Assembly (NCBI RefSeq): GCF_964204645.1
Contig: NC_134029.1
Span: forward strand, 9,512,850-9,576,849
DNA: 64,000 nt
Origin: Tubulanus polymorphus
Taxonomy: Eukaryota > Animalia > Nemertea
Reading direction: 5' to 3'
This document shows positions 45,421 to 59,900 of the stretch, in pieces. Numbering within the stretch: the first letter of the stretch is position 1; the number at the start of each line of letters is the position of its first letter. The notes beneath the pieces were generated by a model that was not told where the DNA came from, did not search any database, and worked only from the letters and a program-made list of their open reading frames with translations. The position numbers were made by a program, and so were the translations under genes.

Positions 45421-47085
45421 AATAGTAAATTCAGTAAACTATTTCAGTGTTTAAAACAACGACTCTGGGGTTGGTGGGGGAAGGAGGAATATTTTACATA
45501 CATCCACACAAAAACCACTAGTGACACATCATGTCTTCCATGTACCACAGTAATTTCATTATGGGTACATAAATAACATGGCTAAACTGAGCAATGACCA
45601 AATTCACGTATGAATCAAATTTTTCGAACCCATCCACTGACCAAAACAATATGACCCACCAGGCTCTGTGACGGCCTTTGGTTCATAAAGTGATTATGAC
45701 ACTTGGGTGACGTTTAACGAGACAAGCGAGCTTATTCTTTATAAATCCATCACCAGGGGGACTACAGTCTAATAATATACAAAATCTTAAGATCACCTAT
45801 ACATAAGAGTTTCATATCTATATATATCGTTGACACTTCAGATACACATTGATTCCTAGTTACATTTCGCACTAATATCTCCCATCAACAACTTCATTTG
45901 ATATTAGATCCTTTCTGTATTAGTCTCAAATTTGCTATGCATCTACTGTGTACCTAGCTGAGGTTCCTTCACTTGCGAAAAGTTCGACCAACTCACTAAC
46001 ATTATCACTGAAATATGAATTTATTTACATTTAATTCATTGTTCATTAGTAAACTACAGATCTGGGAATTCAGGTTAACTAGGGGTCCAGGGACACCATG
46101 CCCACTTGGAAAGTGGTTTCAAATGCTCAACAATCTAACAATTTCAATATTCAACGCCCCTGGTGACCATATACAAAAACCAATGACTTTGAAACTCACC
46201 AAAATCAAAGAACATGTTAGCAGCTACGATTTTGTAATTGATTGTGATAACAAAATATGCCTCGTTACTAATCTAATAAGGAAATGCTAAGTTATTCTAC
46301 TATTTAACGCCCCCTGGTGACCATATGCAAAACCCAATGACCTTGAAACTCACCACAATCATAGAACCACAATGTCATGAACTACAACTTTGCAATTGAT
46401 CATGGTAACAAAATATGCCTTGGTACCAATCTAATAGGGAAATACTAAGTTATTCTACTATTCAACACCCCCTGGTGACCATATAGAATAACTAATGTAC
46501 TTAAAACTCACCAGATGATGATGTCATGAGCTACAACTTTGCAATTGATTGTGGTAACAAAATATGCATAGGTACAAATATAATATAGAAATACTAAGTT
46601 ATTGTATTATTCAACGCCCCTGGTGGCCATATACAAAAGCCAATGAATTTGAAACTCACCACAATCATAGAACACGTTATGAGCAACAACTTTCCAATCC
46701 ATTGTGGTAACACAATATGCTTAGGTATCAATATAATGTGGAAAAACTTTCTCCCACCTACGAATCAGTACTGATGACACCAAAATGGCCGCCAATTGTG
46801 TCATAATTGGCTGATCAAAAATACCTGTCTCAGGTATAAAAGATCCCTTTTCAAAGAATACCCATCACAAATTGCAATGAGAAATGGCAAACCAGTAGGA
46901 AGCTACAGAACTCAGAATTCGGGCCAAAATTGACATTTTTGGGCACTAAAAAGGTCATAGGACGGCCATCTTGAGTCCGATCGACCCAATTTTTCTTAAG
47001 CTGATGGGCCCTTGGGGGAATCAAATATATACAAAACATCAAGGTAATTGATCAAAGTGTCTTTAAAATTTCCCTCAAAAAGTTC

Positions 47086-48770
47086 AACAAGAGGCCCATG
47101 AGCCTTGAAGCATTGGTAGATTATACTGTGGTATTAAGTGGTTATAATGTTTTACATCTGCCGGCAAATCTTCTATGACGATGTTGATTGGGAGGACCAC
47201 AGACTTAAAGGTCTATTTGTCTAGTACGATTTTATTCCTGAAAATGAATTTATTTTCTGCCGAACGATTTAGCCTAGGCTATTTGTACTGTTAAACCTCA
47301 TTAATGCGATTCTGTTAAAAAGACGAAACTAGCCAAGACATTTATATCAATCAAGATTTGGATACAAAAACCCATTTTTACGCATGAACTGTTAGGCCCC
47401 ACTGAATAATGAAAACAAAAACAGAACGATTTTTCTGAATGCAATTGCAAGACCCTCTGATCTTAGAGATCTTAGATCTCCAAGCTCTAATGCATGTACG
47501 CATGCAAAACGTCGCAGAGAGCGATGCCAGCGTTGGTGTCACTGAGGCCGGCTGATGATTGTTTGTTTGTCTTTTTGTTTGTTTGGCTTTACGTACGTCG
47601 TTTGGATCTTGGTTTCCCAAGACTATTCCTATTGGATTGTTCATTTAACCTCACGACGGTACGGCCTTTGAAGTGTTGCCCGCACACTGTTCGCAGCCAG
47701 CAGGACTCGAACCCACTTGTCACTCAGCATTGATAGTGGATTCAACAGCATCACGTCTTATCTCACTGAGCTACTGAGGCCGCTCGATTCAATTCAAAAA
47801 AACTACAGCAGCGGCAAATAACCATCGCAATATTGCAATTTACGACAAACAACGCGTAAATTCAATCACTGTTGTTTAACGCATGGAAAAGATAATAAAA
47901 GGTATTTTTTCCCGACGCGCATCACAAAGCGAATCTCTGCCGAGTGCGTAAGAGGGTGCTACCGCCTTATGAGTGCGCAGCAGGCGGGTAGGGCGTCCTA
48001 AAGTGAAAACTTATATTAGAATATAGCCGAATCGAATTTTACAATGTCAGTCAACTGATTGATGATACAACATGGTTGTTCTCGGCGTACTTCACAATGA
48101 TATTTTCCTCCAATAAACAACTCTGGTAAAATTGAATAAAATGATCTATCTTTACTGGTGATATCGTATCATGGCGGTAGCCTACAGTTTACCGTTTGAT
48201 GTTTCGTGTCATCATGAAATGGTTTTAACTTTAGTAAAGGCGTTCCCGCACGATCACATACGGGTTTCAGTTACGAGTAGGCTGCCATTCCACTGCTCTA
48301 GAAATACGTATTCTGACCCTGAGAATTAATCCCAAATAATCCCATGGATACTGATAGTTTGAATAACAGCGATATCGAAACACTGTGATATTTATAAACC
48401 GGAGGTACATCATTTTATGTTTTTCTATTCAGAAGAGGCTGTTCCCCATTCTTTAGTGCCAATGTCAATGCGGACATATCGCTACGCGATTGTTTAACCC
48501 ACCCTCATCTACCAGATAATGAACGAGAAAAATGCGATCGAATAACTTTTTGGACCATTAAATCAGAAATCTGGCGACGCTATGTTGTGGGGAATAATTG
48601 TAACATTTTTTTTTTAGTCATTTTCAGCTGTTTCTAATGTTTTACGTGAATGGAGTGACAATTTGAAGTTACTATGAAAATGAGAAGAGTCAGCGCTATT
48701 TTTTTGTACTACTATTTTCGATCCATTTTACTAGCATTGGCATGACGTCATAGACGTCAACCAATGCTAA
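47086..48770 (+). mobile_element. Nested HINE-like element (AACAAGAGGCCC head, terminal hairpin)
   Basis: Head aacaagaggcccatgagccttgaagcattggtag, similar to ~19930 and 53364. The 3' hairpin tagcattgg...ccaatgcta at 48732-48769 echoes the 5' agcattgg. Confidence 0.6.
47600..47783 (-). mobile_element. tRNA-derived SINE head (3' extent uncertain)
   Basis: Minus strand GGCCTCAGTAGCTCAGTGAG (A box) ... GGGTTCGAGTCC (B box). The spacing is too long and there is no closing acceptor stem, so it is not a tRNA. Confidence 0.6.
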
Positions 48771-50903
48771 AAATGTGTAAAAAGTGCTGATTCTGGCGAA
48801 CAACAATGGCTGCCAGTGGGCCATCTTGATTCTGACAGGGCCAGTTTTTGGGCTGAAGATGTGTCTAGGGTAGATACATGTGTAACCCAAATATCAAGAC
48901 ATTACATTGAAGTGTCTTCAAAACTTCCCAAAATAACTGGATTCCGTCTACGGACGGACGGACGGACGGACGGACGGACGAACGGACGGACGAAAAGTGA
49001 ACACAATAACCCGCTGGGACTAAAGTCCCAAGTGGGCTAAAAATGACCTCTTGGGCATGGAAAAAGGCCACAGGATCTCGAGTCTGATTGATCCAACTTT
49101 TCTTATGATGATGGGCCCTTGGGGGATACATACAGATATGCAACATAAAGACAATTGGTTCAAGAGTCTTCAAAATTTCCCTGGTCTTGTAGCTCTCCTG
49201 ACCATTAAATAATGCACAGTTTAGACTTGTTAGGTCTACAAAATGGATTAGACACTGGTCTTATTGTGGGGGCCAGTGGCACGAGGAAGATCAATACATT
49301 CATTGCCTGTCACACCTTCAAAGGAGCAATGAAATATCAAACGGCAACAACTCTGATTCAATAATCATATTCATTAATCAGAAAATAATATTCATATAAA
49401 AGATACAATGGTAGGCTAGGCCTTATCATATCAGGAGTTTTGTCTTAGAATATATCATTTTAAATGTTTTTTTTTGTGAAATATTGATAATTTACCTCGA
49501 TTAATTCGAATTTAAAAACAAAATCCAGCATTAGGCACATTCCGACCACACTTGAATTTTGGAAATGTTACTAATAGGCTACCATATTTCTTGGCTCTAT
49601 GCAAGAAACAAGTTTAAAGGTCAAGCCACGTTATTTCAGTCAGGTGCGATTGGGACCCCTGCATTTAGATGGGCCTGGGAGTAAATCAGAGGTGTTTTCA
49701 GCGAAAATAATGTGAAAATGTATGAACAACATCTAAACTTAAATAGTACTAGCAGTCCAGGTCTATTTTGATTTCAAACAGAGACGTACGTATAAACGAA
49801 AAAGCCGCGATTTTGGTTTATTTTTGATTATTTCACAAAAAATCAAGGTCCGATTTATAAGAAGTTTTCAGATCATAAAAAAGACACTATATGACACTCT
49901 GTTGAAAAAATCAGACCTGGGGGCCATCTACATACTAAGTGCCACCCTTTTTACTGGAATTATTTGCGATAGGCAAATGAATTGGAAGGATGATGTCATC
50001 AGCTAGTGATAGCAAAAGCGAACCATAGGCTTGCCGAAAATGTGTTGAGTGCTGATTTTGGCGAACAACAATGGCCACCAATCGGGATCAGCTACTTTGA
50101 ATCCGATCAGGCCTGTTTTTGGGCTGCAGATTTGTCTTAAGTAGATACATGTATAAAGACTTCAAAATTTCCCCCCAAAAAACTGGATTCCAGATGGCGA
50201 CAGAGATAATACTCCGCTGGGGACTTAAGTCCCAAGTTGGCTAATGAAGGCAGTGCTCTTATCTATCACTGCTATAATAGTTTACTTGATTATTCTTAAT
50301 GAAGTTTATTCTATTCCAAAACTTCGCTCATTCAAAAACTGAATGAAAAAATTCATGCGCAGCAATGTACAGTACTTAGCAGGATATCTATTTTGAAGGT
50401 TTCCACCTGTATCCATAGTTATATGTCTCCACAACAGAAATTTCACCACTACAGTGACAGCAGTAGTAATGTCTGTAGCGAGTAATGCATGCAGTAGCCT
50501 GATGTCTATAGACACTGCAAAGCACTTAACAGTGCAGCATGCATGAATGTATTGCTTTACATGGCGTTTCAATGAAAGAAGTTTTTCTGATAAAATATGA
50601 TCATTTATCATGAATAATCATCTTACCTATTATAGCCGTGATAGATAAGAGTACTGTTTTTTTTTTGTTTCATGGAATTTGTAACAAATCTTTGCTGATC
50701 AATATTTTTTGGTAAATCGGGGCATAAAACCTTGATTTATACGCTTACAATCCATCAATGCTTCATGATGAAGAGCACGTATATCAAAGTTTCATGATGA
50801 GCTGAACATCTATCAGTGCTACCTGTTAAACCATATAATCTACAAATATCAATGCAATTGAACTGAGCAAACATTAATTTTATGATGAGCTGTACTTACA
50901 ATG

Positions 50904-53900
50904 CTATGATGAAGACGTCGGTCCAGAGAATGAATGTCTACTGACTGTACCACTACTTGGAACTGCAATTGACTGTCTTGGTTCAATCATTAGTGAATAA
51001 CGATACGTATCTTCTTCTTCTAATAACCGAGTCGGATCCAAAAGATAATTAGTGACCTGTAACGGAAATCCAATACATGCAGTTTTGTGCCACAGGCAAA
51101 CCATGGTAGCTTATGAATATATGTTTCACTCCTTTGCTTCTACTGTATGGTAAGACACTTAAGTGCTTATTACATCTGGTAATACCATGAGATTGTAGTT
51201 ACAGATAGTGGATACTCCATTGCACTAACTGCTTGCAAAACATTGCATGCTCACTGGAATTCATGGCATTTAATGTTGCTGAAATTTGGTTTTGGGAGGC
51301 AGACAACAGGATACCTGCTATAATCTATTGCTCATTGGGCAATTAGGAATAATAGCTGACTATGTAAAGATGTAGTGGCAATAAATAATACAGGGAAGAC
51401 TGATCATAGCAATGATTACAGTTACATATCTTCAGTACCAAATAATTTGCATATTTCATTTTGACTGCTCGTTTGAATATCTGGTTAGTAGAGTGATGTC
51501 TATTAAGAACTAACCCTTGAATGATGTTCAATTCTATATGTCGTTTGTTGAAATAATTGAATTTCCCTGATAACATGGGCAACCTAAAATCATAGAAATA
51601 GATATACCAGTTGTCAATTGAGGCCGAGTAAATGAATTGATGATTTATGTCACAATCAACAAACATCTTACCATCCTCATTTTTGAGAAATTAACAAGTC
51701 CTTCTTCTGTGACATTAGGTGTTCCTTCCTCAATGAAGGACAAGTCTGTAAGGTACATACCCAGGTATGGGATACAGGGAGGATCACATCTACAATAATG
51801 AAATAATTTTCTATAAACATTCTAAATCTGGTGATATTTTACCAAAAAGTTAAAATCACAGGATTAGGATTTTTAGCTAGGCAGGGAGGAGGGATGGAAT
51901 AAATATATATTTTCACAGTGAAAACCCAAGAATTGTGATATTTCCTTGAATACATTCTTTGTTAAAATCAGGGTTACCACAGTTATTTTGGAAAATTCCC
52001 AAAAGCATTCTCAAGCATTTAATGAGTTACCGTATTTTCCGGCCAATAAGCCGATTTTCTAGCCTCAGATTTTTACCCGAAATATCATGATCGGCTTATT
52101 GGGCGGATACGATCTGACATAAAAAATCACTTCCTGATCTATGCCACTCTAATGCTCTCAATGATCGTCAAAATCAAGAAAAGTGGTCGATATTTATTTG
52201 AGGTCATTATTTACTACCAATTATAATCTATTTTGAACTATTTTATTTTTACTTTGATTGTTCTATCACCGCACAGCGGCAATGGTATACATTTATATAA
52301 TGCGCGAGTTCATCGTACTACCACCTGTCAGTTCAAACATTAGTATATATGCAAATCAGCAGTGAGCCGCGTACTGCGTGTATGGCTGTGTGTATAGTAA
52401 TCAGCTGAGTGAGTCTATATATAGCACAGTCACTCCGCGATGATAGTATACACAGCACTCTCACACATCGGCGGGTGCTACTGTCAGCCTCTTAAATTAA
52501 GACGAACTAATTGACAAATCAGTGAATTAAAATCTCTGATGAAGGGCCTCGGCTTATTGGGCGAAGCTTTATGAAATCCATGTATTTTAGGCTAAAAAAC
52601 TGCCCTCGGCTTATTGGCCGGAAAATACGGTATTCTTTCAATTTTTTCAAAATGGAATTGGGGTCTTTATTTAAGAAAACATATCATTGTACTACAGGGA
52701 AATCAACATTTAGTGGTGACTGGTTGATGATGGTGATATTCAAGAAAAGACGTTTGCCCTTGATAACGAAACGTATGCTACGTGAAGTGAAGAAAAAATT
52801 GCCAGATTAGACAATAATTAATCAAATTCCCAAAACATTTCCGAACAGAATTTCCAAGCCTTGCACACCTGAAGCAAGAACCGCCCATAAAACTGCCCAG
52901 GAGATTGTTTTAATGACTAGCACCTCAAAGAAATGCGCCACCATTGCTAAACAGAAAAAAAAGGCAAAGACAAAATGGTTCATGCAGCTGATTCATCTGA
53001 TATTACAAAACTACCATTATGTCTGACCCTCTGCTGCCCTTGTTTTTTTTATCAGTGTAAATCAATTGGGTGATTTGAGGTCCAAGGCAACTAGTGGAAG
53101 ACCAGTACACCTATCAGTGTGTGTAAAAGCGGTAATGTAACTGTTTTATAGTTGTCCCCGGTCTTCTCCTTAAAGAGAAGTGGAAAAAGTCTATCACAGC
53201 AGGACAGCCAGGATTGACCACTCACCCACCTCATCAAACAAGGAACCCCCACTTCCAGTCATTATGGTCGTTTTGAGTGGAAAATTCACCCAGTAGGGTT
53301 TGCTTGACAGCATCCACACATAAAGATTCATCGATGAAATCAGCCTTGTGACAACAGAGACAGAACAAGAGGCCCACGGGCCTTATACCTTCATGACGCA
53401 GTAGAAGAAGATTCAGTATTCAAAGTTTTACAGAAAGATTGACATTGTAATGATGTAACAAGTTTTAAAATAGTTAAGATAGTATAGGCTATGTGGCGAT
53501 AATGTTCATTTTCTGTTAATATATCCTTACATGAAAAGACAAGCCCATTTTAGCTGCCCCAAAGATCACACTACATGAAAAAATGCATCAAGAAAGATGG
53601 ATGGCAATCCTGGTGGCCATACTTGAACTCAATTTTCAATAAGGGGTAGACATTTCACCTACCAAAATTCTTACACCTAGTATCATGAAAATGCATCAAG
53701 AATTGCAGGCCATTTCGTGTAAGAAATTCAAGATGGCTGACCTGGCAGCCACATTTGAAAGCCGATGACCTCCAAATACTAAAGGCATGGACAGCTTACC
53801 TACCCTGATCCTCACACAAAATTTTGTGATAATCCATCAAGAATTGCAGGCTGCATCGTGCAAACAAGAAATTCAAGATGGCCACCCCAATGGCAGCCAT

Positions 53901-56900
53901 ATTTGATCACCAATAACATTTCTTTACAATAGGGGTGCACATCTCGCCAGACCCAATCTTCAAGCTTATTTTCAAAAAGATTCATCGCAATTTACAGGCA
54001 AATTACTGTCGAATTCAATTCAATTCCGGAGGGCCTGGCTTAGTCCTATACAATAGGAGTCAATTAAGATTCGACTTTGAAAAACCAGCACAGATGCCTA
54101 TTCAAATCACATGTAATTAAAAAATTCAGTGCTTCTTAGTTTGATGTCCCTATTTTCATCGCGCACGTGGTTAAAATTATTGTTTACATCAAATGTCTTC
54201 AACAGCTGATACAAACGCACCCGCGTCTGTCAATCATCTTAATTGATTCATATAAAAAAATGCTCACTATGAAAAAACTATGCGGTGAATCAATCCGGAA
54301 TTTTTCAGTAGAATGTCAGATACTAGGTACCTTTCTTTAAAGGTTAATTTGTTGTATGTCATTAACAATCAGTTATATAATACTATTCATAACTTTGAAG
54401 CGGCGCGCCGGCAGCTAACGCTCAAGCAAGGTCAGTCACGTAGGCCAACGATAACACGAAACAGACCACGGTTTTGCCGGTTAAGAGTGTCTTTCCACAT
54501 AAATTAGGGGACTGTAAGAGACCATTTGTTGACACTAACCTTTAATAAACTTCGTATGGATACAATCAAGATAATTCAACCCTATAATTCCACTATTCAA
54601 CGATCGACGCGCAGCTTAAACATGGCGCCGCCAATCAATACGCTAGTCACGATGTATCTCTACACACATCAAAATCACACTTGAATTACAAGTGTTGACT
54701 TATGAGAAACGATCGAAATCTAGCAATTTGATTGGGAAAATAGCAGCACTATGAGTTTATTAACTTTGAAAAAAGTTAATAAACCACCTCCGACTGTCTA
54801 ATAATTTAAAAGCTTTGCCTTCACATGGAACTATTTCCGCCTTATCACAGGTGCACTCTGCCGCCGCGATTCGCCCATTCAACGATAAAAACTTTCCCAC
54901 GGTCTTACTATCGGCATTTTCTAATAATTTAGGGAAATATTTTTAAAAAGCGAAATTTCACACTCTGCATTAATAAGATTAAAGTATTTATTCGTTTGAC
55001 AAATCTTCCTCTGAACTCCCACCAACAAGTTATGTGGCGATACGAAAATGACGTCATCGACTCGCTACCATCTTATAACCTTCATGACTACGTCATGAAG
55101 GTAAAAATCAAGTAACGCTGTGTGACTGAACCATAATTGAGCCAGCCAGCAGGGAGCCATGAGGAGCAATTCACCTTTGACATAATCAGGTTCATTAGCA
55201 GAAGACAAGTGGTGGAAAGGTATGCACTGAGATTGCTCCATGCCAGAGATATGGAGTAGGATGCGCATGCCCGATTGTCTGGGAATGGTGAGACAAAAGC
55301 TGGGCTCTGCCCATTGACACTGTGATCAAATTCAATGGGAGGTACCAGATTTTTGCTGGCAACATCTCGAAGACAGTCGAACAGTCAGAACAGGGCATCC
55401 ATCACCACAATGAATTCCTGCTAGGTGAAACACAGACAGAGATATCTCAGGAACAGGTTGTAGGACCTGGTGCCTACCTGGTTCTGCAGGTAGGCATTGA
55501 CTATGAAATTCTTGGAAGCTAACTGAATATGACAGCCTACTACCATCTATTGAAAGAATCTCAGGGCCTTTCACACTGTGAAGATTTCTAGATTATGGGG
55601 CAAGTCTTTTCCCAAGGTGGAAACCATACATCGAACTCGCATCATCTCTCCAGGTGTGCCCCAAAACAGTGATTGCCATCAGTGAAGAGCACTGGGCATC
55701 CAAGAAGCATTAGAGATTCTATGGTCAAGTGCTGAGGCTTCATCTACCTAAGAAGATCTCATGGGTGAGAGAAGAAAGCTGCCATAACACCCTATAGAGC
55801 AAGTCCACTTAGCCAGGTCCAAAGCCCGAATTCTTCACTTTCAACTAATCATAAGGAATGAAAAGTCAAACATTTTCTCCTGTTCTCCTGCAAAAATTTT
55901 TGGAATGCATTCACAAACTTGGTTAATACCAAAGGTTCCAAGCTCATCCTGAACTGAAGCATGATAAACTGGTAGGGAGCACTTCCAATATTAGTCTTAG
56001 CGATTTCATCCAAAATTAGAGAAAATTTTGCGACCTGGCAGGGGGAAAATGGGGACCTGAAAAAAGGCACACTTGAAACATTTGACACCACAAATTGCCT
56101 GGGCTTGACGTTCTTTGCATGTAGAGCTGAATTTTTGTAGAAGTATACTTCATGTTTTATTGGAGCCTTTGTCCAAAAGGAGTTAAAACCATGAATCATG
56201 TATTACCGGTGCAGTGCATCCCTCATATTCTTAAATCTTCCATCCGATGAAACCAATGTCTGTAACTTCTCAATCATTTGTTTAGTCTGGAAAATGAATA
56301 GAACCATTTTGAGGTTTTCCATGAACTAGCTTAATCATTGCATAAAAATTATATACCAAAAATAGGTTACAAAACATTAGGAATGACTGAAGGAAATGAT
56401 ATAATTTCATTTCTTTTACAATGCCTTAGTTAACAAAACAATGCAACCTGTGCTGCGCCTGTCAATTTGGTTTTCTCATCTTCAGATATTTCCAAATGAT
56501 AATTACTTTCGATCTTTCAGTCAAAACAAAATACCTGCTTCGGTAATCTATCCCAAGTGCGCTTTAATCTATATACAGAACTATTCACAAAAGCGGCACA
56601 AATTTGTAGTACTCCATTGTAATTATGCATGCAGCGACAGATATCAGCTATGGCTGCCCATTTCTCAATACATGCAACGCGATCTTGTATGTTTGATCTT
56701 CCAACTATTTCCGATACGACCAATCGACTGACCTAACATACACAAAAAGAATTATTATTTTTACAGTTTTGCCACTGCAAAGGGTACCTATGATGAGCCC
56801 TCTGATAGGGGCCTGCAATTTTTCTCTGGATGTCCCGCAGCAAAAGTAAATGCAATGGGTAGAAATTAAACACGCTTGCTGCAGGCTACAAATACACTCA

Positions 56901-59900
56901 TACTTCCTGTTTTGTCATTAATGCCATTAAAATACATTCGTAGCTGATTTTTCCTATTTACAGTTAGATAATTGTTCTCTGGCACCCGGGAATGACACAG
57001 TTTCTAATGGGGTAACCGCAAAACCAGCTATCCCGCTTGATGGCCTGACGAGCAGAAGGACATCCATTCTCAAAATTAGTTCATTTTCAATGGGCTTTGC
57101 ACTGGATTTTTTTAATCTTCAATCCATATATTATCACAACACCCCCTACATATACAATACTTTCATTCTTCTACTCGTTTTCATAAATAATTGATTCATT
57201 TAAGAGAAAAGTTCATTTAGATTTAATTGAAATGTAGAAGAAATCAAACGCGGACGACCAACTATCTACTAGCAAACCTGGCGGACTCTTGCCTGCCATA
57301 AGTGGAATGGTTGATTGCCACAGTAGCGCTGTGGGTACCCCATTGGCAGGCAATGTGAACAAACTCAGCTTCATTCTCAATGCTCATTGGTCAATTTTGA
57401 AAAAAGCTGACTACGTAACAGTTCCAGTGCCGACCTATGAGAATATTTGTCATGGCAATTGAGCTGGAAGCGAATGTGTTGTTACGAAGGCGATAACACT
57501 ATTTTCATTCGCTAGAACGTTTTAGCCAGTAAAAATCTTGAAATGGAAAAGTTTATACTTGGGTATGCCTAACCCTGCACTCCCTTTGAATACACCATAC
57601 CTGACTGATGTATTTCAAGAATCTTCTCATCATAGGCAAATTGACTAACAGATACTTACTTCATTGAAGCGTTTGCTGACCAGCAGCACATGAGGAGCTT
57701 TATGTTGCTTGTCAGGTTTCATCCAGGCTTGACACAACAATTCCCTACAAAACAAAACCAAATCCCTTATTATCTACTTCATTGAGTATAGGAAGTATTC
57801 ATTTATTACATACATATAGGCAGAAGGGACCTATTATACTTCTATTTTGAACTACAATTTTAACCTATAATTCTAACAGATCTTATTCATAGGGTCTAGT
57901 AAAGATGTTCAAAACATGTGCATTGTTTAGAGTTACTGATAAATGCTGTGATTTAGCGGCCAATAAGATATTTGTAATTTTTTTCAGAATTTTGATTTTT
58001 GCGAATGAAAAATCTTGATTTCTAAGTGAAACCAAAATTGTTATTCTTCCTATGAGCAATTTAGGATCAAGACTCGCCAAATGTGTTCATTCGATTTTAA
58101 GGAGGTGTCAGTCACACATTTTGCACATTTTTTTAATGTAGTATATAGTGATAGCTGCGGCTATGAGCTGCAGCTAAAAAACCAAATTCTCCATATACAT
58201 GCAAGAACTGGAAAACTAAGATGGCTGCTGACTGCGTAATTATGAACTAATCCAAAAACCCATCTGATATGTCAAAGATATTTTCCTAGTGAAGTTAACT
58301 TATCTCAAATTTCAATGTTATATGACAAACCATTAAGGGGAAGAACCATAGAGGCTTAAGAATTCAGACCTGAAATGACCTTATTTGGACAATACAATAA
58401 AATATTTCTTGTGATGCTAGGCCCCATGGATATACTGGATATACATAAACATACCAAACCTCAAGATGAACGTCTTCAAAATTTGCCCCGAAAACTTCAA
58501 CACGGGGTCCAGGGATGCTGTGCCCACTTAGTAAAATGCGGCTTTGAACCAGTAGATTTCACAATGAAATGAATCATCCAGGTATAAAATCAATGAGGTA
58601 CATACATGTACATGTATTAGTCTATAGTAGTATTTTGAAAGCATTGATGAAAACTTGGTCAGCAGCTCAGTAACTACGAAGGTGGTTTACTGACGACTGA
58701 TGTGCAGGAAGGAATGATTGCACTAACAACAAAAGCATGCGTTTATTGACAAGTTTGTTTTGAAACTGGTGCTGTCTAGGATAGATGTATAAACAAAATA
58801 TCAAGACATCATATGTGTCTTCAAAACTTCCCAACATAACTTAATTCCATCCACAGACAGACAAACAGACAAAAAGTCAACACAATAGCCTGCTGCGACA
58901 GTTCAGCCATTCGACTGCTGCGACTGTTCAAAGTCCGAAGTCGGCTGAATATATGCAAAGGTACCCATTAAGCTTAACCACAATAGCCATCTCGATTCCA
59001 GTCAGGTCAATTTTCGGGCCACAGATGTGTCTAGGGTGGATACATACATAAATCATACACAGATATAAGATCTATGATACAGTGGATTGCCATTGATTGA
59101 AAGCCTGTGGTACGCTCAAAACTCAAAAAAAGTTTTAATGTTTATATATTCAATTGACATGAAACAAAAACGCGCACTGACATGAAACTCTTTATGGCCA
59201 TATAGATTCAGAATACACTGATAATCATTGAGAATTAGTGAGATGTAACAAATAAAAGGACCAGTGGATTGTTTTCCGGAATATCTTCTCCAGCAGCAGT
59301 ACCAGTACAGTTGAACCCAGCAACGTCATTAGGTAGTCCCATCACTGATGTTGTTCTTTTAAGTGAATGTCGACATTATCATGGTCCCAGCTATGATGAC
59401 TTCAGCCAGTTTTACAGAATTTGTTAGTGTCAAAACGTTTCTGGTTGCTTATCTGATATCATAATGAGGTGAGGCCAAACAAATGAAATTTCTGTCACAA
59501 CTTACTCGCTTCGTATGGATTTGAATATCTGATGGTCTAGATAGGTGAGCTGTTCGGCAATGTCAAGTGCTGACAATGTATCAAAATTGTCTTTTGATTG
59601 TAGCTGAAAAAAAGAAATAAACAAGAACTGAATTTCACAACATGTACTTGGTGACATACTAGCACATGATCACCCGTGTAAGGAACTATAACACCAGCCT
59701 AAAAGAGTGGGTTGGCTCATTAATGGACTAGTGACAGATTTGAGCGCTCACTTCGAATTCAAGTAAGTTTGGATGAATTTCAGGGGGCCAAAAGGACACG
59801 ATTTTGATGGCTCACCTCATCAAATCTTATATCATATGAAAGTTTTGACTACTTACTACAAAATATCACGAACTTGTAATGCATGGAAATAAACAGCAAA

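Larger units (their letters stand above)
46140..49040 (+). mobile_element. Second copy of the 18830-19790 HINE family (four ~155-bp units), split by a nested insertion at 47086-48770
   Basis: 46140-47085 aligns to 18830-19545 and 48770-49040 aligns to 19545-19790, including (GGAC)n and the terminal hairpin. Confidence 0.75.

Noticed and set aside
45352-45576. ORF with a poly-Ile run suggesting a membrane peptide
   Set aside because: Translation of an (ATA)n microsatellite.
47690-47783. Possible tRNA gene
   Set aside because: A and B boxes are present, but there is no cloverleaf or acceptor stem and it sits inside a repeat, so it was called a SINE head.
52536-52568. CTGATGA...GAAG resembling a hammerhead ribozyme core (also a minus-strand CTGATGAGCGGAAA near 26878-26891)
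   Set aside because: The first lacks GAAA and lies within MITE internal repeats. The second has no stem II. No flanking helices were found.
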